A stretch of 37,896 nt of DNA from a virus, in the IMG/VR virus record IMGVR_UViG_3300049215_000050, positions 1 to 37,896 of that record; one strand, given 5' to 3'. Within the stretch, counting starts at the first letter, position 1. Each line of letters starts with the position of its first letter. Shown one piece after another: positions 24,213 through 32,490 of this stretch. The notes below the pieces were generated by a model. That model was given only the letters and a program-made list of their open reading frames with translations, was not told the origin of the DNA and made no database searches. The position numbers and the translations under genes are program-made.

Positions 24213-27200
24213 TGGCTACCAAGACCTCGGCCCAGGACTTCACGAAGAAGTGGAGCACGATCGCCGGGCAGTTCGGCAGCCAGGTTCCCTACCCGGTGCT
24301 CAATCAGGTCTACCAGCTGGACCGCCAGCATCTTCAGTCCCAGGGCTACGACTATTCCCAGACCGAGCTCGAGAACATGATCGCCTCGGCCGCATCGGGG
24401 AAGTCGATCACCGCGCCACCGGACCAGGGTGGGGGGAACTTCTTCTCCAATGTCCTCGGAGACGTGAAGTCGATCGGCACCGGGCTCATGGGCCTGGTGA
24501 AGACAGGACTCGGGGACATCGAGCATCCCTCGCACATCGGAGCCCAGGTCTCCACCATCTGGCGCGACCCCAACGCCGTGCTCCAGAACGTCGTTCCCGG
24601 CCTGGCCGACATCGAGACGGTGCTGAAGGCGGATCCCCATCTGACCGGATCAAAGGGTGCTGAGAAGCTCCTTCAGCACCCGGTGACGTCCGTCCTCGAC
24701 GTTCTGCCTATCGGCAAAGCCCTCGGGGCCGTTGCCGGCAAGCTAGGCCGAGTCGGGCTGGATGAAGCAGCGCGGTCAGCTGCCGAGGAAGCGAGCCGTT
24801 ACAAGCCCTCCGACTACTCGCCCGAAGCGAGAGCAGCCCGAGCATCGGCCAAGACCCAGGTGTCGAGAGCGAGACAACTGGCCATCGCTTCGGAGAAGGG
24901 ACTGCCTCATCTCCTGCGGGAATCAGTGCTCGGCGGCGGCGGAAATCTGGCTCTGGAAGCCCCGGCCGGATTCGATTTCGAGACGGGCAACTCCATCTAC
25001 TCGGACCAGTGGATCGGAAACCGGGGGGAACGGCTGGCCAACTTCCTGAACCGTCGTTCTGGGGGACGGATCGGGTCGATCACCGCCGACGAGAACCGCC
25101 GGCTGGCCCCGGTCATCGGCCAGTTCCTCCACGCCCGGGCCGAGATCGCCAACAAGCGCAACCCCGATTCCATGGTGAATCTGTGGTGGAAGCATGGACT
25201 CTCGGAAAAGCGGGGTACTCCACCCTCACCGGAGGTCTACGACCTCTACCAGAAGCTGTGGAACGAGGGTGCCACCAAAGATGAAGTTCTGGCGCAAGCG
25301 GGTCCGGAACTCGGGCCGAAGATCAACGCCCTTTTCGATGACCTCCAGGCCCGCTACACCGACAACCTCAACGCGGATCTCGCTGGTGGGAAGGTGGCCC
25401 AGGTCATCGACCCTCGTGACGGTCGTGTCGAAACAAGAGCTACCCGAGGACGCGACAACACCGTCGTCCGAGCGTCGAAGCTCTTCGAGGGACGAAGGTC
25501 CAAGGCCCAGGGCGTCCTAGCCGACTTCAATGCGACGCACGGCACCGACATCCCCCTTGACCCATCGACCGCCCGACAGGCGATGGTGGATCAGATCGTT
25601 TCTCGCCTGTCGGGGGCGGCGGGGCCGTTCGTAGGGCTCGACACCGAGAACCTCGACGCCCTGCGTCAGGCGGTGGAGATCGGCAAACGCACCCAGGCGG
25701 CAGATCTGCGCTTCGCCAAGAAGGTGCTCGGTCCTTCGGGATCGCTCAACCGATTCCTCGAAGCCATCAAAACCGGGGATCTGGAGACAGCCCGCAAGAT
25801 CCTCGGCACCGAAGGGGGGTTGCTGTCGAACCTCACTCGCAAGTCCTTCCATGCCAACCCCTTGCTGCGCCAGATCGGATTGTATCTGAGGTCGATCCGT
25901 CCTGTGCTCGACGGGTTCAAGAAGGTCGAATCGGAGTTGAAGAAGTTCGACCGATCGAAGACCACCCTCACCTCGCTCATCGACCGGAACCCTTCAGCTG
26001 AGTACCAGAAAGCCTTCAACGAGATCGTGAAGGACCAGGCGCTTCTGTGGTTGTCCCATCACCGGGAGGACATCGACCCCGAAGCCCTGACGTCGCTCTA
26101 CGACGACATCGGGGACCTCACCTATCGGGGGAAGAAGTTCTCCGAGATCATCGGGCCGTACAACTTCAGACGCATCAAGGATGCGGCCATCGACGAGCTG
26201 GTGTCGATCCGAAACGAAGGCTTCCGGCCCCGCTTCGCCTACTCGACGGCTCCGGAGAACATGGAGTCGATCCTGTCGAAGCACCCGAACCTGGAACGGA
26301 TCTCCGCCCCCCAGCCGGGGTTCACCCGAGCCGAGGTCGTCCCGTCGAGACTCTACGACCCGGTGATCGGGCTCATGGCCGATGCCGAGCGCAGACTGGA
26401 GCACGACTTCGCCACCGAGTACTGGTTCGGGAAGAACGGCGTGCTGTCGGTACATGGCATGGGATTCGACGACGCCAAGTCGATTGCCATGCAGTCGATG
26501 AAGATCCGTGAGGGATCGTTCCTCTCCAAGCACGCGTCGCTCGACCGAGAGATGAAGGAGAAGTTCGAGAAGGTCGATCCCCGCTCGCTGTTCTCCTCAG
26601 CCAAAGCGGTAGCTACTGGGGTGTCGTTCAACGCAGATGTCTATGTCCCGAGAGACATCATGGCTGCGGTCAGAGCCAACTTCGACGCCATGAAGCCGAC
26701 GAACAACCCGCTCATCCGTGGATACGCCCGAGCCACGGGGATCTTCAAGTACAGCCTTCTCAACTTCTCCCCCCGCTACCAGATGCACATCGCCGGGGGC
26801 GGGTCGATGCTCCTTCTCCTCAGAGGGAACATCTGGGAGATCGTTCCCAACGTCTCGGCCGCTCTCGGCATGGCCGTCCAAGACACCGCCAGCCTCCAGG
26901 AGTGGGCGACGCGGGGGCATGTGAGACGGACGGTCATCCAGCCGCTTCTCGACCACTTCACCCAGAAAGCCGAGCGGCTTGGTCAGCATGGCATCCCCGG
27001 TCAGATCGCCCACTCCCTACCGGAAGCCGATACCCAGGGACTCCAGCAGGCATTCGCCTACGCCTCGGGGCACAAGATCGGAAAGTGGCTGGACGAGGCC
27101 ATGTCCAAGCGGGGTCTGTCGGCCGGACTCGAGGTGGCCAACTTCAACGCCAACATGCTCCGTGCGCTCGCCTATCTGTCGAAGGGAGGGGGAGAGGAAG

Positions 27201-28198
27201 GCATCGCCTTCGCCAACAAGGTCTTCGCTGATATGAACAGCTTGACCCCGGCCGAGCGATCCTTGATCAAGTACGTCATCCCCTTCTACGGCTGGACGAG
27301 GCATATCCTGAAGTTCGTCAGCACGTACCCGGCCGACCACCCGTACAGAGCGATGGTCTTGGCCAACGCTACCCAGCAGTACTGGGAGGAGTGGGACTCG
27401 GGGTTCCCGCAGAAGCTTATCTACCTGTTCTCCTTGGGAACACCCGACGCCCAAGGGAACGTGAAAGTGGACGACCTGCGCCAGCTCGATCCGCTCAGGA
27501 ACGTGGTGGACATCTTCACCATGGCAGGAGCGATGTCGGCGCTCAACCCGGCGTTTCAGACCATGCTCCAGGGATTCGGCATCGACCCGGTGACTGCCCA
27601 GCCCGACAACATCTACTCGACCTTCACCTACGACTCGTTCTCCGGAGCCTTGCAGGCAAACCGTCCGAGTCCGTTGCAGCTAGCGGCGAACGGGGTGTTC
27701 AATTTCATCCCCGAGTCGAGCGTGCTCGATCACTTCCTCCAGCTGTCCTCCTACACCCGGTATCTCGCGCAGAACGAGCCCGCTCTATACCGCCAGCAGC
27801 TCTACCAGGCGCTGAACGTCCCGTGGGTCCCCTACAACGTGAACGTCTACCAGACCATCGCGCGCACCGAGGCACATCAGTACACGGTGGCCAAGGATCT
27901 GGTGCAGACGACATCTGGGACAGGGGCGATGTACTCGGCCGACCCCAACTCTGCGGATTGGGGGGCGCTGTTCAAGTACGCCTATGTTCCGTACCAGAGC
28001 TGGATGGTTCAGCCTGCCGCACTTCGCTACTGGGTGTTCATGCAGGCCCCGGTGAACGACGGCAGCCATGTCTACACGGGCTACTTGCAGTACCGACAGT
28101 CCGGAGGAACGCTTCCGCCTGCATCGGTGATCGTTCCGCCGAGCTCACCGAGAAGCGGCGCAAATCCCTATCAGCCGCCCTTCGCTCAGGCAGGATAG
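24212..28198 (+). CDS. Very large virion protein (1328 aa), internal core/ejection protein candidate
   Basis: Single uninterrupted high-GC3 ORF. Its size and position, after small internal-protein-like genes, resemble T7 gp16-class proteins. No catalytic motif recognised. Confidence 0.6.
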   Translation: MATKTSAQDFTKKWSTIAGQFGSQVPYPVLNQVYQLDRQHLQSQGYDYSQTELENMIASAASGKSITAPPDQGGGNFFSNVLGDVKSIGTGLMGLVKTGLGDIEHPSHIGAQVSTIWRDPNAVLQNVVPGLADIETVLKADPHLTGSKGAEKLLQHPVTSVLDVLPIGKALGAVAGKLGRVGLDEAARSAAEEASRYKPSDYSPEARAARASAKTQVSRARQLAIASEKGLPHLLRESVLGGGGNLALEAPAGFDFETGNSIYSDQWIGNRGERLANFLNRRSGGRIGSITADENRRLAPVIGQFLHARAEIANKRNPDSMVNLWWKHGLSEKRGTPPSPEVYDLYQKLWNEGATKDEVLAQAGPELGPKINALFDDLQARYTDNLNADLAGGKVAQVIDPRDGRVETRATRGRDNTVVRASKLFEGRRSKAQGVLADFNATHGTDIPLDPSTARQAMVDQIVSRLSGAAGPFVGLDTENLDALRQAVEIGKRTQAADLRFAKKVLGPSGSLNRFLEAIKTGDLETARKILGTEGGLLSNLTRKSFHANPLLRQIGLYLRSIRPVLDGFKKVESELKKFDRSKTTLTSLIDRNPSAEYQKAFNEIVKDQALLWLSHHREDIDPEALTSLYDDIGDLTYRGKKFSEIIGPYNFRRIKDAAIDELVSIRNEGFRPRFAYSTAPENMESILSKHPNLERISAPQPGFTRAEVVPSRLYDPVIGLMADAERRLEHDFATEYWFGKNGVLSVHGMGFDDAKSIAMQSMKIREGSFLSKHASLDREMKEKFEKVDPRSLFSSAKAVATGVSFNADVYVPRDIMAAVRANFDAMKPTNNPLIRGYARATGIFKYSLLNFSPRYQMHIAGGGSMLLLLRGNIWEIVPNVSAALGMAVQDTASLQEWATRGHVRRTVIQPLLDHFTQKAERLGQHGIPGQIAHSLPEADTQGLQQAFAYASGHKIGKWLDEAMSKRGLSAGLEVANFNANMLRALAYLSKGGGEEGIAFANKVFADMNSLTPAERSLIKYVIPFYGWTRHILKFVSTYPADHPYRAMVLANATQQYWEEWDSGFPQKLIYLFSLGTPDAQGNVKVDDLRQLDPLRNVVDIFTMAGAMSALNPAFQTMLQGFGIDPVTAQPDNIYSTFTYDSFSGALQANRPSPLQLAANGVFNFIPESSVLDHFLQLSSYTRYLAQNEPALYRQQLYQALNVPWVPYNVNVYQTIARTEAHQYTVAKDLVQTTSGTGAMYSADPNSADWGALFKYAYVPYQSWMVQPAALRYWVFMQAPVNDGSHVYTGYLQYRQSGGTLPPASVIVPPSSPRSGANPYQPPFAQAG

Positions 28199-28203
28199 GC
28201 ACG

Positions 28204-28452
28204 ATGGCTACCAGGCTGAAGGTGGTCTTGACCCTCTCGGACTTCCCGCTCTACATGATCGGGGGAGCTACGGGCATCGAGCCGTCGTGCCTGTCGCGCT
28301 ACTCGCGTGGGAGGAGACAGCTCCCCGAACGGCACTTGATCCGGCTGGCAGCGTTCTTCGATCTGCATCCCGACGACCTACGGGGAGAAGCCGATCTCGA
28401 CTGGGCGGCCAACTACATCGCGCGGGTGAAGAAGCAGAAGGTCGATGCCTAG
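28204..28452 (+). CDS. XRE/Cro-type helix-turn-helix regulator (82 aa)
   Basis: LSDFPLYMIGGATGIEPSCLSRYSRGRRQLPERHLIRLAAFFDLHPDDL fits HTH_3 topology. ATG 28204 lies inside the spurious ORF 27391..28452. Confidence 0.6.
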   Translation: MATRLKVVLTLSDFPLYMIGGATGIEPSCLSRYSRGRRQLPERHLIRLAAFFDLHPDDLRGEADLDWAANYIARVKKQKVDA

Positions 28453-28643
28453 TGAGCTACTGCCCGTGCGGCCGGCTCAAGGCTCCGAGCGAGAAGTTGT
28501 GCCTCGCTTGTAGGTATTGGCCTACCAGGACTTTCGGCCCTACCCAGGACCGAAAGCGAACCCCAGGCTGGTCGGGTACCTCGGCTGCCAGGGTACCGAG
28601 AGGAAGCCGCGGTGCGGTGGCTTGGGGAGGGCAGCACCCTTGA
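28452..28643 (+). CDS. Possible small Cys-rich protein (CPCG...CLAC); frame ambiguous
   Basis: GTG overlaps the previous TAG. GC3 is high for only about the first 20 codons, after which the 28517 frame looks better. Confidence 0.25.
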   Translation: MSYCPCGRLKAPSEKLCLACRYWPTRTFGPTQDRKRTPGWSGTSAARVPRGSRGAVAWGGQHP

Positions 28644-28918
28644 GCCAGGCACCGCTCGCGGCTTCTGATCTCGCAGTGTCATGGTGGCAGGTGATCGTGG
28701 CCACCGGAGTTCCCCTCGGAGCCTCGGCTGCTCTGTGGGTGGTGCGAACCATCCGAAAGGCCGAGTCCAACCTGACCAAACACCTGCGGTCCCAGGATCA
28801 GAAGCTCGGGAAGGTGGAACGCGAAGCTGCCCTCGCCGGGCGGGCAGCTCGAGCCGCACACCGCCGGCTCGATCAGATGGGCGCTCCTGACAGACGGCAG
28901 TGGCCCACGGTACGCTGA
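28517..28918 (+). CDS. Hypothetical membrane-anchored coiled-coil protein (start TTG 28517 or GTG 28676)
   Basis: Transmembrane-like WWQVIVATGVPLGASAALWVV followed by a charged helix. High GC3. Confidence 0.45.
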   Translation: MAYQDFRPYPGPKANPRLVGYLGCQGTERKPRCGGLGRAAPLSQAPLAASDLAVSWWQVIVATGVPLGASAALWVVRTIRKAESNLTKHLRSQDQKLGKVEREAALAGRAARAAHRRLDQMGAPDRRQWPTVR

Positions 28919-28954
28919 GAACTGCGTGCTCCAACCACGCACCTTTGCCAGCTC

Positions 28955-28990
28955 GCACCCCTCGGCTTCGGTCGGGGGGTGCTTGCGTTT
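28955..28990 (+). terminator. Strong intrinsic terminator-like hairpin ending the long rightward block
   Basis: 12-bp stem GCACCCCUCGGC / GUCGGGGGGUGC closed by a UUCG tetraloop (28967-28970), followed by UUGCGUUU. Confidence 0.6.
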
Positions 28991-29024
28991 CGCGACACCC
29001 TCCTGTTAGAACACCTGTGGGTAC
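28983..29024 (+). promoter_or_regulatory. Weak promoter-like element plus operator-like 13-mer upstream of the early block
   Basis: TTGCGT-N17-TTAGAA, immediately followed by CACCTGTGGGTAC (29012-29024), a 12/13 match to 1579-1591. AAAGGAG RBS and GTG 29043 follow. Confidence 0.35.
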
Positions 29025-29042
29025 AAGGCAAAGGAGCCCACT

Positions 29043-29723
29043 GTGGACAAGCACCCGAACGACGAACTGCGAAAGCCGTTCCCGGCATCGGCTGTCGGGA
29101 AGCTCCCGAGGAAGACGAAGGACGGCCGCACGATCTACCTCGACTACGTGGGGCACGCTGCGGTCACCGACCGGCTCTTGAGCGTCGATCCCGAGTGGGA
29201 CTGGGAGCCGCTCGCCTACGATGACAGCGGACTTCCGCTGTTCGACCGCAACGGACAGGGCCAGGTCGTCGGTTTGTGGATCGAGCTGACCGTGAACGAC
29301 GTGACCCGCTTGGGCTACGGGTCCGTGACCGCCAGCTCGTTCGACGCCGAGAAGCAGCTGATCGGGGACGCCATCCGTAACGCTGCCATGCGCTTCGGGG
29401 TGGCGCTCGATCTGTGGACGAAGGCCGACCTCGAGTCGGAGGCCGAGGAAGAGCCGCTTCCCATCCTGGCCACCCAGCACCTCCGGGCGGACCTGTCCTC
29501 ACGGATCTCGGAGCTGTCGAAGGAGTCCCAGGAAGAGCTGAAGCGGGCCTGGCGGGAGCAAGGTCTTTCACCCCTCAAGAACCTCCTCGAGCGGGACCAG
29601 GAGGCAGCCGAGGCACTGCTGCGGAGATTCGAGGACCGGGCTGATGCGCTATCGGGCCAGAAGAGCCCCCCAGAAGCCCCCTTCGATGGACTGCGGGACC
29701 GTCTGAGCGGAGAAGCGAAATGA
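29043..29723 (+). CDS. Rad52/Sak-type single-strand annealing protein
   Basis: LRKPFPASAVGKLPRK...IYLDYVGHAAVTDRLLSVDPEWDWE and GYGS...DAEKQLIGDAIRNAAMRFGVALDLW match the Rad52-family SSAP pattern. Confidence 0.65.
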   Translation: MDKHPNDELRKPFPASAVGKLPRKTKDGRTIYLDYVGHAAVTDRLLSVDPEWDWEPLAYDDSGLPLFDRNGQGQVVGLWIELTVNDVTRLGYGSVTASSFDAEKQLIGDAIRNAAMRFGVALDLWTKADLESEAEEEPLPILATQHLRADLSSRISELSKESQEELKRAWREQGLSPLKNLLERDQEAAEALLRRFEDRADALSGQKSPPEAPFDGLRDRLSGEAK

Positions 29724-29992
29724 GGGGCCTCATCCGGGGCTGGCACTTCCAGCGCGAGCAGTGGTGGCAGGACTTCCAACAGTCGCTTCACGTTCGCAGG
29801 ATCACAACCCCCTTCGACTACCAGGCGGGGTGGGCCTGCCGGGAGTGCGGCTCCACCCCGGTGGCCCTGCGGCGGTGCCGGGAGTGCTTCGGGCACGTCT
29901 GTCGCAACTGCGAGGTCGTCCACGCCCTCGAGCACTGGGGGTTCTGCACGGAGCTCGATTGGAACCCGTGGCAGGAGCTGGTCGGTGGATAG
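29720..29992 (+). CDS. Cys-rich zinc-finger protein (90 aa)
   Basis: CRECGSTPVALRRCRECFGHVCRNC (three CxxC pairs). ATGA-coupled. Confidence 0.55.
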   Translation: MRGLIRGWHFQREQWWQDFQQSLHVRRITTPFDYQAGWACRECGSTPVALRRCRECFGHVCRNCEVVHALEHWGFCTELDWNPWQELVGG

Positions 29993-30551
29993 GCCCGGCC
30001 CCGATTGGTTCTCCCAGGCCCGCCCCTACTTCGAGCGCCACCTGCTCCCTCTGGCGGACCGGGATCTCCACTGCCTTCAGCTCGGGGTCTACCTCGGGGA
30101 CGCCTCTCTGTGGCTGATGGAACATCTCCCGAAAGCCCAACTGACCGATGTGGACACCTGGGAGGGATCCGACGAGACCGAGCACGACGAGCTCGACTGG
30201 GCCGGCGTCGAGACCTACTACGACCAGGTGACCTGGGACTACGCAAGACGTATCCGAAAGTTCGTGGGCACCACGGAGACCTTCTTCGACTACCTGGAGT
30301 TCGGGCTGTTCGACTTCATCTACGTGGATGCCGACCACCGGGCTCCCGAGGTCCTGACCGATGCCGTGCGGTCGTGGCGGCATCTGAAGGTCGGGGGGAT
30401 CCTGGCCTTCGACGACTACACCTGGCAGGCGCACTCGGGGATCCTGCTCGACGCGCCGAAGGTGGGGATCGACGCCTTCTGCGCCACCTTCTTGGACCGC
30501 CTCGAAGTCATGGAGACCGGAGCCCAGGTGTGGGTGAGAAAGACCCGCTGA
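29985..30551 (+). CDS. Class I SAM-dependent methyltransferase (Methyltransf_24-like)
   Basis: Motif I-like CLQLGVYLGDASLWL; FDFIYVDADH; LKVGGILAFDDY. Confidence 0.7.
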   Translation: MDRPGPDWFSQARPYFERHLLPLADRDLHCLQLGVYLGDASLWLMEHLPKAQLTDVDTWEGSDETEHDELDWAGVETYYDQVTWDYARRIRKFVGTTETFFDYLEFGLFDFIYVDADHRAPEVLTDAVRSWRHLKVGGILAFDDYTWQAHSGILLDAPKVGIDAFCATFLDRLEVMETGAQVWVRKTR

Positions 30552-30676
30552 CCAAGCCGGCGCAGATCGGCAAGCACCTCGACACCGACATGTACGAGGA
30601 GTGGAGCACCGTGAGCTTCTCGGAGTGGGCCAAGGACCGGGGCTACGACCCTGTGACCAGGAGCTACGAGAAGTGA
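30530..30676 (+). CDS. Small hypothetical protein (about 48 aa), not in the ORF track as a separate gene
   Basis: GTG 30530 in the frame of ORF 30005..30676. Almost every codon ends in G or C. Confidence 0.45.
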   Translation: MGEKDPLTKPAQIGKHLDTDMYEEWSTVSFSEWAKDRGYDPVTRSYEK

Positions 30677-30816
30677 TCTGGCACAAGGACCCGGCCTTCA
30701 CCATCCAGGACGTGGCCTTCGCCCTCTACGGCATCTGGCTGTGGTGGAGGACCGTGAGCGGGATCAGATCTGCCCTCGACATCTACCACCGTCACAGGGA
30801 TGGGGTAGGGTCATAG
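30673..30816 (+). CDS. Small membrane protein (47 aa)
   Basis: GTGA-coupled. VAFALYGIWLWW hydrophobic segment. High GC3. Confidence 0.45.
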   Translation: MIWHKDPAFTIQDVAFALYGIWLWWRTVSGIRSALDIYHRHRDGVGS

Positions 30817-30857
30817 CGGGAGACCGCGTGTGGAGCCTTCTTCCGAACTGGTGCGTC

Positions 30858-30890
30858 GGGGTCCGGTCCTTGTGACCGGGCCTCTTCGCG
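30858..30890 (+). terminator. Terminator-like hairpin
   Basis: GGUCCGGUC-CUUGU-GACCGGGCC (9 bp, one G-U pair) followed by UCUUCGCGUCU. Confidence 0.4.
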
Positions 30891-30922
30891 TCTAGCCTCT
30901 TGCCAACCAGTTTGGAGGTGAG

Positions 30923-31420
30923 ATGTCCACGAAACTCTCACCGCTGTTCTCCTGGCGCGGTGCCATCTGCGACAGCGGTCTTCCCCCGATCACGCGACTT
31001 GTCGCGTTCACGCTCTCGCTCCACATGAACGAGCGTGGCGGAAGCTGCTATCCCGGCATCGCTCTACTGGCTCGGGAGTCCGGACTGGCCGAGTCCACCG
31101 TGCGTGAGCACATCCACAAGCTGATCGACGCCGGGTGGCTCAAACGGTCGGGTCGAGTGCGCGGTGGACGGAGCGTTTCCCCTGCCTACACAGCCTGCCT
31201 GCCAAACCCACCGGGAGCCGGTGGGTTTTACGCCAAAGTCACCGGCTCGGTACCCGAAACCCACCGGATGAGCGACGAAAACCCACCGGGAGCCGGCGGT
31301 GAGGACGTTAGGAGGACGTTTGAGGACGCGGCGGCTAACGCCAAATCTGAGGACGCCACCCGGTTCATCCCTGACTGGAATGCTCTCCACGGCCTCATCA
31401 AGCGGCCACCCAGTGCTTGA
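30923..31420 (+). CDS. Winged-helix (HTH_36-like) protein, replication initiator/organizer candidate
   Basis: LPPITRLVAFTLSLHMNERGGSCYPGIALLARESGLAESTVREHIHKLIDAGWLKR. GGAGGTGAG RBS. Iteron-like repeats lie inside its 3' half. Confidence 0.6.
   Translation: MSTKLSPLFSWRGAICDSGLPPITRLVAFTLSLHMNERGGSCYPGIALLARESGLAESTVREHIHKLIDAGWLKRSGRVRGGRSVSPAYTACLPNPPGAGGFYAKVTGSVPETHRMSDENPPGAGGEDVRRTFEDAAANAKSEDATRFIPDWNALHGLIKRPPSA
31204..31345. repeat. Iteron cluster: AAACCCACCGG x4 (one inverted, forming a 25-bp palindrome) and GAGGACG x4
   Basis: AAACCCACCGG at 31204, 31257 and 31279, with an inverted copy at 31218-31228. GAGGACG at 31301, 31312, 31322 and 31339, the first three spaced 10-11 bp apart. 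Confidence 0.75.
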
Positions 31421-31445
31421 CACCCTACTCCACTGTACCTACACT
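31417..31445 (+). promoter_or_regulatory. Rightward sigma70-like promoter (TTGACA-N17-TACACT)
   Basis: Consensus -35 at 31417-31422, 17-nt spacer, TACACT at 31440-31445, in a locally AT-richer gap. GAGGAGG RBS and ATG 31483 lie downstream. Confidence 0.6.
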
Positions 31446-31482
31446 TGTCCATACAGACGGAGGGTGCGAGGAGGTGGACGAC

Positions 31483-31659
31483 ATGGACCGCAACGACCCG
31501 ACCGACCGCTACTGGCCGCTCAAGACCGGAGCCGCGACCATCATCGACTTCCCCGGCACCACCGAGCGCGTGCTTCCGAAGGAAGAGGCGCTCGAAAAGG
31601 TGCGGGAGCTGAAGCGCAAGCTCTACCACCAGGAGGGATCCGATGAGCGATCTGCCTGA
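31483..31659 (+). CDS. Hypothetical protein (58 aa from ATG 31483)
   Basis: GAGGAGG RBS 6 nt upstream. High GC3. The upstream part of ORF 31417..31659 overlaps the promoter. Confidence 0.5.
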   Translation: MDRNDPTDRYWPLKTGAATIIDFPGTTERVLPKEEALEKVRELKRKLYHQEGSDERSA

Positions 31660-31843
31660 GGAGGAATCCGATCTCGTCCTCGAGTTGCTCCGGACCTTCG
31701 ACAAGATGCTCGGTGAGCAGAAGGCAGCCGCCTCGTGCTTCGAGCGGTGGTCGGCCCAGTGGTGCTACCACCAGGGCCAGGTCGATCTGCTCGACGCGCT
31801 CTCGGAATCGCTGTCGGCATCGGCGCTCAAGTGGAACCTGTGA
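31643..31843 (+). CDS. Hypothetical acidic protein (66 aa)
   Basis: ATG start, high GC3, overlaps its neighbours. Confidence 0.5.
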   Translation: MSDLPEEESDLVLELLRTFDKMLGEQKAAASCFERWSAQWCYHQGQVDLLDALSESLSASALKWNL

Positions 31844-31847
31844 CCCG

Positions 31848-32015
31848 ATGTCTCTACTGCGGGGTGCGTGGCCACGACCAACGCCGATGCCCGTGGCTTA
31901 CCGGATCTGTGGTCTGTGCGCCGGCCCTCACTTGGAACGCAACTGCCCGAGAGGACGAAAGGGCCTGTGGGAGTGGATGGTGATGCACACGCGAAAGATC
32001 CATCATGGGGCGTGA
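31848..32015 (+). CDS. CCHC zinc-knuckle protein (55 aa); the alternative overlapping frame 31840..31983 also encodes a knuckle
   Basis: This frame: CGLCAGPHLERNC (CX2CX3HX4C), with its stop overlapping the next ATG. The other frame: CLYCGVRGHDQRRC (CX2CX4HX4C), starting at a GTGA-coupled GTG 31840. Confidence 0.4.
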   Translation: MSLLRGAWPRPTPMPVAYRICGLCAGPHLERNCPRGRKGLWEWMVMHTRKIHHGA

Positions 32016-32340
32016 CCTGACACCGCTACAGCGGGACTTGAAGGCGAAACGGCGAAAGACGCTCAAGGCGATGTCGGATCGACGCCAGGGCGAACTCGCC
32101 TCTCGACGCGAGATTCGTGAACGCGTGTGGGCTCGCGACGGACATAGGTGCAGATTCCCGCATCACGAAGTACCGGACCTGCCATGCTTCGGCGGGCTCA
32201 CCGTTCACCACCTACTCAAAGCATCGCAGGGAGGCGAGTACACCGATGAAAACCTCATCACCATCTGCGCGGTCGGGAACTGCTGGATCGAGGACCACCC
32301 CCGACGAGCAACCGAACTCGGACTTGTCCACTTCCGATAA
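32005..32340 (+). CDS. HNH endonuclease (HNH_5-like)
   Basis: VWARDGHRCRF...CFGGLTVHHLLKASQGGEYTDENLITICAVGNCWIEDHP. Confidence 0.8.
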   Translation: MGRDLTPLQRDLKAKRRKTLKAMSDRRQGELASRREIRERVWARDGHRCRFPHHEVPDLPCFGGLTVHHLLKASQGGEYTDENLITICAVGNCWIEDHPRRATELGLVHFR

Positions 32341-32418
32341 CAGGTTCGATCGGCTCCATGACTTGTACGGGCCAGCTATCTACTACCCGGACTTCGACCC
32401 GCATACTTGGATCTACGA

Positions 32419-32490
32419 ATGACCATCTTCGCCTACTTCCTCATCGCTCTCGTCCTGGGGGCCTGGTGGTGGAGCGATCGTCGTGACTGA
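32419..32490 (+). CDS. Candidate 23-aa transmembrane micro-protein
   Basis: MTIFAYFLIALVLGAWWWSDRRD. Its stop overlaps the GTG 32483 of the next gene. Confidence 0.3.
   Translation: MTIFAYFLIALVLGAWWWSDRRD

Noticed and set aside
32341-32418. Frame with good GC3 (..RFDRLHDLYGPAIYYPDFDPHTWIYE) continuing after the HNH stop, suggesting a +1 extension or a tiny gene.
   Set aside because: There is no in-frame ATG or GTG, only a TTG giving 19 aa, and no slippery site at the HNH stop. The evidence is insufficient.
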